Assembly: GCA_037137755.1 (NCBI GenBank) | Contig: JBAXJR010000018.1 | Span: 1 to 44,936, forward strand | Length of the DNA stretch: 44,936 nt | Source of the DNA: Methanomicrobiales archaeon | Lineage (GTDB): Archaea > Halobacteriota > Methanomicrobia > Methanomicrobiales > Methanospirillaceae | Reading direction: 5' to 3' | In this document: one piece after another, positions 20,724 through 30,800 of the stretch | How the letters are laid out: each line of letters starts with the position of its first letter | Numbering within the stretch: position 1 is the first letter of the stretch | The notes under the pieces: generated by a model | What the model was told of the DNA's origin: nothing | What the model saw: only the letters and a program-made list of their open reading frames with translations | Database searches by the model: none | Translations under genes and position numbers: made by a program

Positions 20724-22103
20724 ATGGAAGATACAGGGCCCCGTGCCGGAAGAATTGTGTTAAAAAAGCTCTCAAAGGCTTTACTGTTGTTCATTGGCAT
20801 AGCCGTAGTAATTCCCCTCGCAATCGGCGCCGTGCTCGGGGTTGGCAGTGCCCAGATCCTTGCCATGATCACCTCGACATTACTGCTCCAGGCTGCCGCA
20901 CCCCCGGTAGGGATGGCAATGGGGTTATCCCCGGCTATAATCCTTGTTACAATGGCCTGTTTTGCCGTAGGGATGGTAGTGGCAATTTTCGAGATCTGCG
21001 ACGGGTTGGCAGCCTCATCGGAACGGGTCAGGAAATGGATCGATAAGATAGCAAAAATCTCGGACAAACACCCGGTAATTAAGAAGTATGGAGCCATTTC
21101 CTGCTGTTTCATCGCCTGGATACCGGGTATCGGCCTCTATGGAACGCCCGTCATTGCCTGGGTGTTTAAATGGAAGCGGTTGCCATCCATCATCTTTACC
21201 GTTACCGGGTTTGTGATTGCGGCGTTTTTTGTGCTGTTCTTTGCATCGAAAATTAACGAGGTGCTCCTGTTCGCATCCTATACCGGGATCATAATCTTTG
21301 CAATAACCGGAATGCTCGCACTTGGTTTCTCGATTCCAAAGAAAGTATTCCCCGGCCCGCTGCAGGACAAAAAACTGGTTATCCTCGTCCTGGTCGCTAA
21401 CTTTATCGTCCTACCACTCGTGGCATACCTCCTTGCTACATCACTGGACCTGCCGCAGGGAATCTCCATCGGTCTTATCCTGATGGCTGCTGCAGCTGGC
21501 GTGCCGTTTCTCCCACGGATCGTACAGGTGGGCGGCGATAACTATTCCATTGCAGGGGTCCTCGCCCTCTTCCTTACGGTACTCAGTGTGGTGTATATCC
21601 CTTTCATCCTCTACGCACTCGTTCCCGGTGGGACAGTTAACCTTCCGCTCATAATCCTGGCCCTCGTCCTGCTCCTGGTTGTCCCCCTCGTAACCGGGCT
21701 CATGGTACGTTCCAGGAAGGAACAAGCTGCGATAAAGTTCGGCCCGTGGTTATCGAAAATATCCTATGCTGCGATAATTGTCAGTTTCGGTGCAGTCTTC
21801 TGGGTCTACTTCAGTGAATTGCGGCAGATGATGGGCACCAGGGGATTGTTAGCGGCCATTATCCTTATTCTTGTGGCCTTTGGTATTGGCTGGCTTTTTG
21901 GGGCCGGCCCCGGGATGAAAAAAGTCCTTGCATTCGGAACAGCACAGAGAAACCTTGCTATAGCCGGGGTAATCGCGGTTCTTGGTTTCACGGACCATTC
22001 GGTGCTGGTTATGGTAATGGTAACCGGCGTCATAGGGATGGTAGTACTGATCTTATTTGGCAAACAGATCCGCAAGAGTGAGGCACTGAAGGCTCCTGAA
22101 TAA
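20724..22103 (+). CDS. Fusion of a small multi-drug export-like domain and a bile acid:Na+ symporter (BASS/SBF) domain
   Basis: N-terminal ~175 aa are paralogous to 17966-18490. The C-terminal part has 'MLALG', 'LVANFIVLPLVAY', 'IGLILMAAAAGVPFLP' and 'FGTAQRNLAIA' of the BASS family. Confidence 0.85.
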   Translation: MEDTGPRAGRIVLKKLSKALLLFIGIAVVIPLAIGAVLGVGSAQILAMITSTLLLQAAAPPVGMAMGLSPAIILVTMACFAVGMVVAIFEICDGLAASSERVRKWIDKIAKISDKHPVIKKYGAISCCFIAWIPGIGLYGTPVIAWVFKWKRLPSIIFTVTGFVIAAFFVLFFASKINEVLLFASYTGIIIFAITGMLALGFSIPKKVFPGPLQDKKLVILVLVANFIVLPLVAYLLATSLDLPQGISIGLILMAAAAGVPFLPRIVQVGGDNYSIAGVLALFLTVLSVVYIPFILYALVPGGTVNLPLIILALVLLLVVPLVTGLMVRSRKEQAAIKFGPWLSKISYAAIIVSFGAVFWVYFSELRQMMGTRGLLAAIILILVAFGIGWLFGAGPGMKKVLAFGTAQRNLAIAGVIAVLGFTDHSVLVMVMVTGVIGMVVLILFGKQIRKSEALKAPE

Positions 22104-22428
22104 CGTCATATTGATAGTCAGGCAGGTGAGTGGCAGATGTCTCCACCAGCCTTACTCCCCCTTATTCCTGTTATTGCTGGTCCCTGCAATGCTGGAAAAT
22201 TTAGTTCGTCAGAAAACACGGGATTTTTATAAGATATTTTATACGAAGAATAACAGGGTCAGGAATGAGATCGATCCCTGGTTTTGAGCAGTCCCAACCT
22301 CAAATCCATCGGTTCATTCTCCTGGTAGAGTTATCAAGGGTTCTGATTACCCTCGCAGGCATGAATAACCCTCTTTCCCGGGGAATCTATAAGGCAGATA
22401 TCAGCAGCGACACCAACTGTGTCACAAC

Positions 22429-22527
22429 TTACATGAGCCCCGTCCAAAATTTCAACCGCAAATATGCACCACCAATTATTACCACCCCAAGTAGCACGAG
22501 TAATACTATCCACCATATCGTTCTCAT
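22429..22527 (-). CDS. Putative 32-aa single-TM microprotein MRTIWWIVLLVLLGVVIIGGAYLRLKFWTGLM
   Basis: Not in the ORF track. ATG at 22527 preceded by a purine-rich GATGAGGGAAAAAAT; one strongly hydrophobic ~20-aa stretch flanked by basic residues; TAA at 22431-22429. Confidence 0.65.
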   Translation of the reverse strand: MRTIWWIVLLVLLGVVIIGGAYLRLKFWTGLM

Positions 22528-22665
22528 ATTTTTTCCCTCATCCTGAACATTTTGCAATTGGATTGGAACATTATAGTTCTATCCTGGTTGTACAGAAAGG
22601 CTCCCTGTAGTATCCTGAAAATTTTTTGAATAGGCCCTTGAATTCCACGATTTCCAGGAACCACC

Positions 22666-23394
22666 TTAAAATTTGAAAAATTCCGGATTTTCCTGAGCAG
22701 GGAGTACATCAGGCTTCGCGAAACGACTGCCAATGGTGTGCTCCAACAGGAGGTAATCAAGATGTTCCCCTGGAGGAATAGTTTCAATAGAGCGGTGTAC
22801 CAGGAACATCACAATAAGGACCCCGATTATATCGCCCGCAAAATCAGTTACCGAATCAACCAGCCCGAAATTATAGGTAGTATGGTAGATCATGTCAATC
22901 AGGAACTCCGAGAACTCCCATGCGAAGCCAAATATAACCATGATTACAAAGATCCCCGCAAGGACATCTCCTTCCTGCGTTTTGAAAAATCGTATCGTTT
23001 TTTTGAAAAAGGGTTTCTTTTTCACATATTCCTGGTAATCCAGGTACTGGTACATGGTGAACAGGATAAGCCCGAGTGCGATAGCCGAGACCACATGGGC
23101 GAATTTGTCAAACAACGGCACTTCCCAGTACCACCGCATAATCCCACCTGCTACATGGAGGAACAAGGCAAACGGGACCATCATTTTCAATCCGAAGGGC
23201 AGCGATACCTTGTCCTTCCATTCAAAGACAAACGGGACCAGGGTAAGAACGATGGCGATGAGTGGCCAGAGGGAGCGGGTCATATCCCCGATCAGGATCG
23301 ACTGGATATAGAGCCCTATAAATATTAATTCAAAAACAAGGACGATAAAAATCTCAACATTCCTTGCGTTATACACAGACCCTTTCCCATTCAT
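22666..23394 (-). CDS. DUF2238/YjdF-like inner membrane protein
   Basis: 'FLHVAGG..WY..VP.FDKFAH', 'AWEFSEF..D' and 'GLVDSVTD' conserved intramembrane His/acidic motifs. Confidence 0.75.
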   Translation of the reverse strand: MNGKGSVYNARNVEIFIVLVFELIFIGLYIQSILIGDMTRSLWPLIAIVLTLVPFVFEWKDKVSLPFGLKMMVPFALFLHVAGGIMRWYWEVPLFDKFAHVVSAIALGLILFTMYQYLDYQEYVKKKPFFKKTIRFFKTQEGDVLAGIFVIMVIFGFAWEFSEFLIDMIYHTTYNFGLVDSVTDFAGDIIGVLIVMFLVHRSIETIPPGEHLDYLLLEHTIGSRFAKPDVLPAQENPEFFKF

Positions 23395-23619
23395 TAAAAG
23401 CTCATATCTACTGCTATGGTAACATTAAAAATCGTTTGCACTGTTCAGCCGGATAAGACAATTATTACAACCGACATCCCGGATACCCTGATCCCTGAAA
23501 TGATAAGATCTCATTGGGTATAACGGTAGAAGAATCGATCTCGAATCATGGTCAAATCGTTAAAAATCGTAACCCCGGGAAAGATCAGAAGAGGAGTAAT
23601 GAGCAAAAAAAATAAAAAA

Positions 23620-24171
23620 TTAAATGCCATGGGGCACGGATGCTGCATTATACGGGGTCCTTTGGTATACTAAAACACTCCCCAGGTTATCGGTTATCGT
23701 CAATTCCTGGTTTACATTAACCGTGTAAGATTTTGCAGCCTGAAGGATCTGGAGGTACGTTGTTTCGGTATTCGCGGTATCGGCGCAATACATCATGGTG
23801 GATGCAAGGGGACCAATAGTGATACCTTTCCCATTCGGGAGGACCTGGCCTGTCAGGGTGTATTGCCCATTGTAATTGTTGCAGCCCGAGAAACCGTAGA
23901 TACCCGATTGATTGGTGAAAACCGCAGTAATTTGCGGACTCATGATCTGTACTGGCGCTGTGCCACCCTGTTCTCCCATCATTTTAAGGTACCATGTCCC
24001 AGGAAGGGTAGGATCTGTAATCGGTGCAGGTGAAGGAGTTGGATTAATTGTCGCCGGTACCGCGGTTGGCACCGGTGTAACAACCGGCGCCGTGGCCGGC
24101 TGGCTTGTACATCCTGCCATCATTATGACAAGAAACGTGCATAGAATTACACAGGCAGTCAGAATTTTCAT
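23620..24171 (-). CDS. META (HslJ-like) domain lipoprotein
   Basis: Start moved to MKILTAC (24171). Lipobox 'MAGC', Pro/Thr linker, 'GTWYL...GFSGCNNYNGQY...IGPLASTMMYC...E..YLQIL'. Confidence 0.9.
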   Translation of the reverse strand: MKILTACVILCTFLVIMMAGCTSQPATAPVVTPVPTAVPATINPTPSPAPITDPTLPGTWYLKMMGEQGGTAPVQIMSPQITAVFTNQSGIYGFSGCNNYNGQYTLTGQVLPNGKGITIGPLASTMMYCADTANTETTYLQILQAAKSYTVNVNQELTITDNLGSVLVYQRTPYNAASVPHGI

Positions 24172-24354
24172 ACCACCACAATGCACCCATCGTAATATAT
24201 ACATTCCGCCGGTCCAGGGACACCATTCTTCGGGCTTCATTACCGATTCCCTGAATTTTTTACTCCATTATTAGGACCATTTCTGCTTTAACGGTTTTAG
24301 AACTGATACATACCATTCGATAGGATTATAGGGTATTTTACCCGATAGAATGGT

Positions 24355-24864
24355 ATGAAATTATCAATCATGGTACTAAGCCTGGTACTCGTTGTGGCCT
24401 TCGTTGTCACAGCAGGATGTACCCAGAATGCTACGCCACCTGTGGCAACACCGACACCGACCGCAATTCCAGTCACAACACCGGTAGCTCCCCAGACAAC
24501 GGCACCGGTTGCAACCATCCCGCAGGTTGGGATGGGTACCCCGGGACCAACGGAGATGCTCCCGGCGAACTACATGCTTGATTTCATGGTACAGGGTAAT
24601 GGCGATACCGCAAACCCCTACATGGCAGTGACGCTTCGAGGAGGAAACGGAATGAACTTCGATTCCCGGGTTGATGTAACCTTCACAAAGCCGGATGGAA
24701 CATCCAAGCAGGACGTTATGCTGCCACCATTCCACGTGGGGCAATTCGTGTCATTCCCATGCAGTACTGACAAGAACAGGGTGGAAATCTGGGTGACCGC
24801 ACCAACCGTAGGAAAAGTCAAGACATATGACCAGATAGTCCCGTTCAAGGCGATAAACCCGTAA
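24355..24864 (+). CDS. Hypothetical lipoprotein (Pro/Thr linker plus beta-rich domain)
   Basis: Signal peptide with lipobox 'TAGC'; PT-rich stalk; divergent from the META gene. Confidence 0.85.
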   Translation: MKLSIMVLSLVLVVAFVVTAGCTQNATPPVATPTPTAIPVTTPVAPQTTAPVATIPQVGMGTPGPTEMLPANYMLDFMVQGNGDTANPYMAVTLRGGNGMNFDSRVDVTFTKPDGTSKQDVMLPPFHVGQFVSFPCSTDKNRVEIWVTAPTVGKVKTYDQIVPFKAINP

Positions 24865-24873
24865 GAATGGGAT

Positions 24874-24901
24874 AAAAAAAGGCAAATTTCCTTTTTTTTT
24901 T
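24874..24901. terminator. Bidirectional terminator-like element
   Basis: A7GG-caaattt-CCT10 inverted repeat just after the 24864 stop, between convergent genes. Confidence 0.6.
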
Positions 24902-25072
24902 ACTGCTACGTCGACGGTTTGCATTACCACGTTTCGGGAATCGGTGCGGACCTCTGATTTCATGCGGTTTCCTGCCTGGAAACAGCGAAAAAATAACAAC
25001 AAAAATCCGGCGATGCAACGAAACGCCACGGAATATTACGCAATAAATAATTTCCGCGTAGTGGGTTACCGA

Positions 25073-25969
25073 TCAAACCCCTTTTATTACAACGATCTCC
25101 GGGGTTGCAAATGCCCTGAGCTGGACATCAAAATTGGAGGTCCCAAGGCCGCGGGTGATATATGTCGTTGTCCGGCCTGAATCAAACCGCCCGCCAAGTT
25201 CCAGTAATCCACCGGAAATTAGTTTGTCAAGCCCGGGAGGGACGAACTGGCCCCCGTGGTTGTGTCCGGCAAGGATAAGGTCAGCACTCCAGTTCCCCCG
25301 GCATTTCGGCTCATGTACCATATATATGGTAAAATCCTGATTTTCAGGAATGACCGGAGGACGTGCCATACCCGCCCAGCAATCATCAATCCCGACAAGC
25401 ATGACCTTTGTCCCGTTTATATCAAGTTCCTTGTACTCGTTTCGTAATACATGGACACCGTTATCCTGGAGTGCCTTTTCGAGGTTGTCTGCGTAGGTAA
25501 TGTTTGCAGATCCGTCCTGGAACGCCTCCTCATCCCATATACCGGAGGAACTGTTGAGGGACGCTTCTTCCGACATCTTCCGGATAAGTGTCAGGGAATT
25601 GTCACCCGACTGGTAATCGTGGTTACCGAGCACGGCATATACCGGGGCATCGATAGTGCGCCAGACATCCTGGATTGTAAAGTCATCTTCGTTCCTGTAG
25701 GCAAAATCTCCCCCGATTAAAACGAGGGACGGGTGAAGTGAATTGATTGTATTGATGACTTTCTTTGTGTAATCCAGGTTACTCGTACGGAGGTGCGGGT
25801 CTGCAACGAAGATAATCACTGCGCCAGGAGCTCCCTGTTTTTCGAGAACGGTAACTTCCGGGTTGTTCCCTTCCATGAACATGTACCCGGCAAATGCGGT
25901 GGCTAGGATTGCAATGATAAAAAAACTGAAATATCTGCTGATCCTATAAGGGGGAATTTTTACTGTCAT
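25073..25969 (-). CDS. Membrane-anchored metallophosphoesterase (calcineurin-like, YkuE-type)
   Basis: N-terminal TM; motifs ADPH, GGD, LGNHD, HEP, AGHNHGGQ, 'YITRGLG'. Confidence 0.92.
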   Translation of the reverse strand: MTVKIPPYRISRYFSFFIIAILATAFAGYMFMEGNNPEVTVLEKQGAPGAVIIFVADPHLRTSNLDYTKKVINTINSLHPSLVLIGGDFAYRNEDDFTIQDVWRTIDAPVYAVLGNHDYQSGDNSLTLIRKMSEEASLNSSSGIWDEEAFQDGSANITYADNLEKALQDNGVHVLRNEYKELDINGTKVMLVGIDDCWAGMARPPVIPENQDFTIYMVHEPKCRGNWSADLILAGHNHGGQFVPPGLDKLISGGLLELGGRFDSGRTTTYITRGLGTSNFDVQLRAFATPEIVVIKGV

Positions 25970-26173
25970 GGAAAATACTGGTACAAATTCATAATCCCTC
26001 GTTGTTCATATTCATTCTGATGGTACCAAAATGCCGGAAATTCTCGCGCCTGAACATCCGCAGGAGGTGATGCTGGTTTGAGAGGAGGAGATGATGACCT
26101 CCGGGAACAATTGAGAGTTGCAAAATATGTAACAGTCACCCTGAATATTCCAAAAAATAGATATATGACAGAT

Positions 26174-26818
26174 TCAGCCCGAGAAATGCCCTGGTAGCAA
26201 TGAGACGAGAGCCCCGATGAAGGTTGAGATCACGCTGATGCCCAATGCAAGCATAATCAGTCCCAATAGAACCGGAACGACGGCGGCCAGCACCGCTTTT
26301 TCAAAGGATAACCCGTTGTTGTCCCTGAACCCGAGTATCAGGAGCACAAACGACCAGGCCCATCCGATGATACAGACAAAGGGGATCCAGCCAAGCAGGA
26401 GTCCGGGGGTCGCAGCGTACATGGTCGTTTTGAGGGTTTCACGCACACCTTTCTTTCCGTCCATCAGGATGACAAAGACATGGAGGAGGAAACCCGCAAG
26501 GAAAACCCCGAACAGCAGTGCCAGAAAAACCATGTACACATAGAACAACTGGGAAACCATAACAAAGGAGCCGAATTTCGCCAGTCCCGCAGATAACATC
26601 TTCCCGATAAGGGGGACCATCGAAACCTGCTGCACATAGCTGTTGAACATGAAAGCCCCGACTGCAAGGGTAACAATCCCATAGAGAACCGTGAAGATGA
26701 CCAGGAGCATTGCATAATACTGGTACGCAGCTCCGAGGGTTTTTGATCCTGCCTGTTTAAACGCATCAACTGGCGACAGAAGGAAACCATGAACATTTTT
26801 TACAAATTTATCAAGCAT
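26174..26818 (-). CDS. Yip1 family membrane protein
   Basis: 'FLLSPVDAF', 'LHVFVILMDGKKG...TLKTTMYAATP.LLLGWIP' and ~5 TM segments. Confidence 0.85.
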   Translation of the reverse strand: MLDKFVKNVHGFLLSPVDAFKQAGSKTLGAAYQYYAMLLVIFTVLYGIVTLAVGAFMFNSYVQQVSMVPLIGKMLSAGLAKFGSFVMVSQLFYVYMVFLALLFGVFLAGFLLHVFVILMDGKKGVRETLKTTMYAATPGLLLGWIPFVCIIGWAWSFVLLILGFRDNNGLSFEKAVLAAVVPVLLGLIMLALGISVISTFIGALVSLLPGHFSG

Positions 26819-27223
26819 ACGAGCTAATTTCTGGATATATGAAGGAAAATAGTTATGGGTTCATTTTCGGGGGGGTTCAATAGATCCCAAAAAAGCGACG
26901 GATTACGAGTATCCCACTTTTCAGTCCATTATACGGGCTGTTTCGATGTCAAACGGCTGGACTTGTGGGAATACGATCTTTAGAACCCAACGTTAAGTCA
27001 CACAGTTATAAAAAACCAGCCAGATCTTCACAATTCAGGAATTGGTCATGATGATGAATTCCCCGCAGCCAGGAAGAAATTCCAGGATTTATAACCCCGA
27101 AAGCACTCTGTTTTACTCTTTTATGACATCATACCAGAAAAAGAATGAGATGACTGACCGGTTTATCCTCAATCGAAGGTCTGTAATGATACTGGTTTTC
27201 GGTCTTCTGCAAAAAATAAATGA

Positions 27224-27706
27224 CTAGTCCAGCTCAATCTTCTCAGGTTTCTTTGGTTTCCTGCGTTTCCTGATAGTAAGGGCAACGAACCCAACTATTA
27301 TCAGCAGAAATATGATCACCAGAGCAACCGTTACCATAGAGCTTTCCGGGGTTTGCTGGGAAGTCACAGTTTCCTGCTTCAGGTTCGCGGAGACCTTTAC
27401 CGTCTGTCCGGAAATGATCATCACGGTTGAAATATAATCCAGGTAACCAGCTTTCTTAAGAAGAAGGCTATATTCACGGGGGTTCAGGTTGGGGATAGTA
27501 ATAAACCCCCCTGATTCGGGAGTAATACCCTGATACACCATGTCCAGGTAAACTACTGCACCGGACGGGGTGGATGAAACCTGGAGATATCCTGTTGCAT
27601 TCGCCGGTGTGTCCGCACCTGCAAAACCCAACATAACGGTGCCGATGAAAAATATAAGGGTGAACCAGTATACAGCCTTCATGATATTCCTAGTAAGAGC
27701 AATCAT
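27224..27706 (-). CDS. PEGA domain surface protein with a C-terminal membrane anchor
   Basis: Signal peptide (start may be ATG 27682), 'GYLQVSSTPSGAVVYLD..YQGITP...KKAGYLDY', C-terminal TM plus basic tail. Confidence 0.88.
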   Translation of the reverse strand: MIALTRNIMKAVYWFTLIFFIGTVMLGFAGADTPANATGYLQVSSTPSGAVVYLDMVYQGITPESGGFITIPNLNPREYSLLLKKAGYLDYISTVMIISGQTVKVSANLKQETVTSQQTPESSMVTVALVIIFLLIIVGFVALTIRKRRKPKKPEKIELD

Positions 27707-27850
27707 TACTCATTGTTTATAAGCCATTGGTTGAGTTGTCATTGTTCGGGGGACCGTTTTCCCGGGTTCCCGGGTTTCGCAGGTTTGAAAGATGCATACT
27801 TTACCAAAAAACCGGAAAAATAAATTTGAAATCCGGATCCGGTAACAATC

Positions 27851-28254
27851 CTACTGGGGAACGCCGAATGCCTCTTTGGTACCTGGCATTATGCAGCAGA
27901 TGAGGACCAGACCGTTGACAATGATAATCGGTGCCATCGCCTGCCATGATGACGCCCCGATCACGTTGATTATGCCAAATACCAGGTTTAAAACTGAATG
28001 CATCATCATAAACTTCCATCCCTGGGGGTTGACCTCCCATAACATCCGGAATACCCAGAGCCAGATGAAGAACAAGAGGCCCCAGAAGAAGGCCCCGATG
28101 AGGCTGAACGTGAAAAATGCAACACGTCTGATAAACACCGGGAGTAGGTATAAAATCTGTCCGTATAGAATAACGCGTTAACCGCACCGACAATGGACAG
28201 GAAGGCCAGTATTGTAACACTAACAGGGCGAGTAACACTCCCTGAGTGTTGCAA
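27851..28254 (-). pseudogene. Frameshifted 4-TM membrane protein gene
   Basis: 'TRPVSVTILAFLSIVGAVNALFYT' (frame of 28006-28254) continues as 'QILYLLPVFIRRVAFFTFSLIGAFFWG...PGTKEAFGVPQ*' (frame of 27851-28138) after an apparent 1-nt deletion at ~28160 (acg-ga-cag). No ATG start. Confidence 0.7.
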
Positions 28255-28403
28255 CAGTGGAATCTAAAAACTATGACTTGCTGCTGTAGTGTTTTCAGGG
28301 ACCAAATAATACGCTAACGACAGGCAGAAAATACACAGAACATGGAAATTTATAGGTGATTATTTTTAAAAACTTATAAAAACCGGGTGTATTTAAAAAA
28401 TTA

Positions 28404-29675
28404 TCAGGGGGCTTTATAGTTCAGCAGGACAACCCCTCGCGAATCGTATAATGTCATGGAATCTCCGAATATCACATATTTTCCTGCCTTCGGGAGGAGT
28501 GCGAGGTAAGCAGTCTCCTGTCCCATCACATCCGGTTCGCAGGCCATTCTCGTGGAAGCAGCCTCGCTGATGCTGATACTTTCACCACTTACCGAGTAGG
28601 TGGTGGTATACTGGTTACATCCCATAGCCCCGGAGAGACCTCCGTCTGCCAGGAATTTTGCAGTAACAGGGGCATCAGGCAGGACTGTGACAGACCCGCC
28701 TTTCCCATCAGTATACGATTTAAGGGCCCATGAACCGACCAGTGTTCTCGGGAATAGTGCAGGTGTTGATGTCGGAGCAACTGATATGGTACCTGCCTGT
28801 CCCTTCTTGTACTGGAGAATTTTTTGTCCGAGCGCAGTATACAGGACCATCTGGTCACCATTTATTTCATAGGTATTCACACCAGGCAGGAGTGCCAGGT
28901 ACTGGTTTTCCTGCTGCATGATATCTGGTTCACATGCCATCTTGGTACTCTTCACCAGGCTTATGCCGAGAGTTCCACCATGTAACGAATAGAGTGCAGA
29001 ATAATCATTGCAACCCGATTCGCCGGTTATTTTTCCATCAGGAGTAAATACTGCCGAAATATTAGTACCTGACTGTACCGATACCATTGCATTATTCCCG
29101 TTATAGTAGGTTAACAAATCCCATGGACCAACAACCGGTGCCTGCGTTGAGAGGGTGACCGGGATATCCTGGGCCCGGTTATACGCGAGGATTGCACTAC
29201 CAGAACTATCGAAGAACAACAGGTTATCCCCGTTTACCGAATAGGTGGTCGCCTTCGACATTAATAAGAAATACCGTGATTCCTGGTCCATAACTGCCGG
29301 GGCGCAGGCCATCATGGTGGAAATTCCGGGAGTAATCGATATAGAAGACCCACTCGTGGTATAACCTGCAGTGTACTGATTACAGCCTGAAGAGCCGGTT
29401 GCGGTCCCATCTGTCCTGAAAAGGGCCGTAATTGGCTTTTCTCCGATCACGGTGGCCATACCGCCTTTTCCATCGGTATATGAGAACAGCCGCCAGTTCA
29501 CACCGGTGGGGAAGGATGATGACCCGGTAACCGCCGCCACTGCCGGTGTTATAGTCGGTGTTGCCGTCGCTCCCCCGGTCGTTGCAGGTGCCGGGGTTAC
29601 CGGCAGGCTGGAACAACCGGCGAGCAGAATTGTAAGCAGGAAAACCGCGCTAACTAGCGCTAGTATTTTCTTCAT
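28404..29675 (-). CDS. Lipoprotein with three tandem META domains
   Basis: Lipobox 'LAGC'; three repeats of W.L..Y...G...GCN.Y...Y.......ST.MAC...M.QE..Y..L. Confidence 0.92.
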   Translation of the reverse strand: MKKILALVSAVFLLTILLAGCSSLPVTPAPATTGGATATPTITPAVAAVTGSSSFPTGVNWRLFSYTDGKGGMATVIGEKPITALFRTDGTATGSSGCNQYTAGYTTSGSSISITPGISTMMACAPAVMDQESRYFLLMSKATTYSVNGDNLLFFDSSGSAILAYNRAQDIPVTLSTQAPVVGPWDLLTYYNGNNAMVSVQSGTNISAVFTPDGKITGESGCNDYSALYSLHGGTLGISLVKSTKMACEPDIMQQENQYLALLPGVNTYEINGDQMVLYTALGQKILQYKKGQAGTISVAPTSTPALFPRTLVGSWALKSYTDGKGGSVTVLPDAPVTAKFLADGGLSGAMGCNQYTTTYSVSGESISISEAASTRMACEPDVMGQETAYLALLPKAGKYVIFGDSMTLYDSRGVVLLNYKAP

Positions 29676-29920
29676 ATATTAACATGATCTTTTTTTGCCA
29701 TGATAAAATTGCCGATCAATTGAAGAGAACATAAGAAATATATCAGGAGATTTGACCATATTGAAAATTATCCAGCCCTTTGAAAAAAATGAGGTTCTTC
29801 CCAAAATCTTTGTCACTCCGGGGAATTGATCCCGTGATCAATCCTCGCAAAAATCCGGGTCCCAGCCAATATTTTTCAGGTCCCGGTGGATTTTTTGGGG
29901 GAATTCCTATAATTCTGAGA

Positions 29921-29932
29921 TATATTTATATT
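29921..29932 (+). promoter_or_regulatory. Archaeal TATA box candidate for the 29963 gene
   Basis: TATATTTATATT about 33 nt upstream of ATG 29963, the spacing expected for a short-leader archaeal transcript. Confidence 0.5.
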
Positions 29933-29962
29933 CACAGTTCATGACAATTAACTGGTAATATT

Positions 29963-30520
29963 ATGGCAAACGATGTTGTTATGGAGGGTCAGGTCAATGA
30001 CCTCAGGTGGGGATCATTCGTCCTTCTCGGTATAGTCGCAATGGTATTTGGTCTCGTTATTGCAATGTTTCCCCAACTCACGGCAACAGTGCTGATTGAG
30101 CTTATTGGAATATTCGTTATTCTCCTTTCGTTCGGGGTAATAATGATGTCCGCGGTTGCACCTGGGGGACTTAAGGGATCGATACTTCTCGCTGTCCTCG
30201 GGATTATCGGATTTTTCTTCGGGATAGCAACAATCCTGTCACCGTACGTGATGGGTAAAGTAATCTTCATCCTTGTAGGAATTGCGCTGTTTATCGGAGG
30301 TCTTATCGGCCTGATCCTTGCAATTTCAGAAAAGAACATGACCCACCGCGGGTTGTTCGCCCTTCAGGCAATCCTGTCACTGATTCTGGGTATCATAATC
30401 ATTGTTGGACCCATTATCGGCGTCGCCCTTGCAGTAATTTTCATCGGGGTCTATTTCGTTGTATGGGGCATCCTCAGCGTCATTATGGGTGCAATGATCA
30501 GGTCCGCGAAAAAAGCGTGA
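29963..30520 (+). CDS. HdeD / DUF308 family membrane protein
   Basis: 'RWGSFVLLGIVAMVFGLVIAMFP' and repeated G-rich TM hairpins. Confidence 0.85.
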   Translation: MANDVVMEGQVNDLRWGSFVLLGIVAMVFGLVIAMFPQLTATVLIELIGIFVILLSFGVIMMSAVAPGGLKGSILLAVLGIIGFFFGIATILSPYVMGKVIFILVGIALFIGGLIGLILAISEKNMTHRGLFALQAILSLILGIIIIVGPIIGVALAVIFIGVYFVVWGILSVIMGAMIRSAKKA

Positions 30521-30800
30521 AGACCGTATCCTTATTAAAATCGTATATTTTTTTATTTCCCCAGTTTTGTAACCATTCCGACGGGAGATATTGATTCGTT
30601 CCTGGTAATCTCGTCATATTGAGACAACGCAGGACGGCGAGTCTTTTTTATTACCGCGATAATTTGCAGGGGTACACAAAAGTAGATTCCCCCGGAGAGA
30701 CGGTTGTTATGGTATAAAAGGAGGCACCATTACCAGCCCGTGTTCATTCCGGTCGGATTCTACACTCTTTTAATCTCCCGCCAATGGTTTTCCGGAGCGA

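Noticed and set aside
26063-26113. Strong RBS-like GGAGGTG and GAGGAGG followed by ATGs
   Set aside because: They open only 3- and 7-codon ORFs, with no other support.
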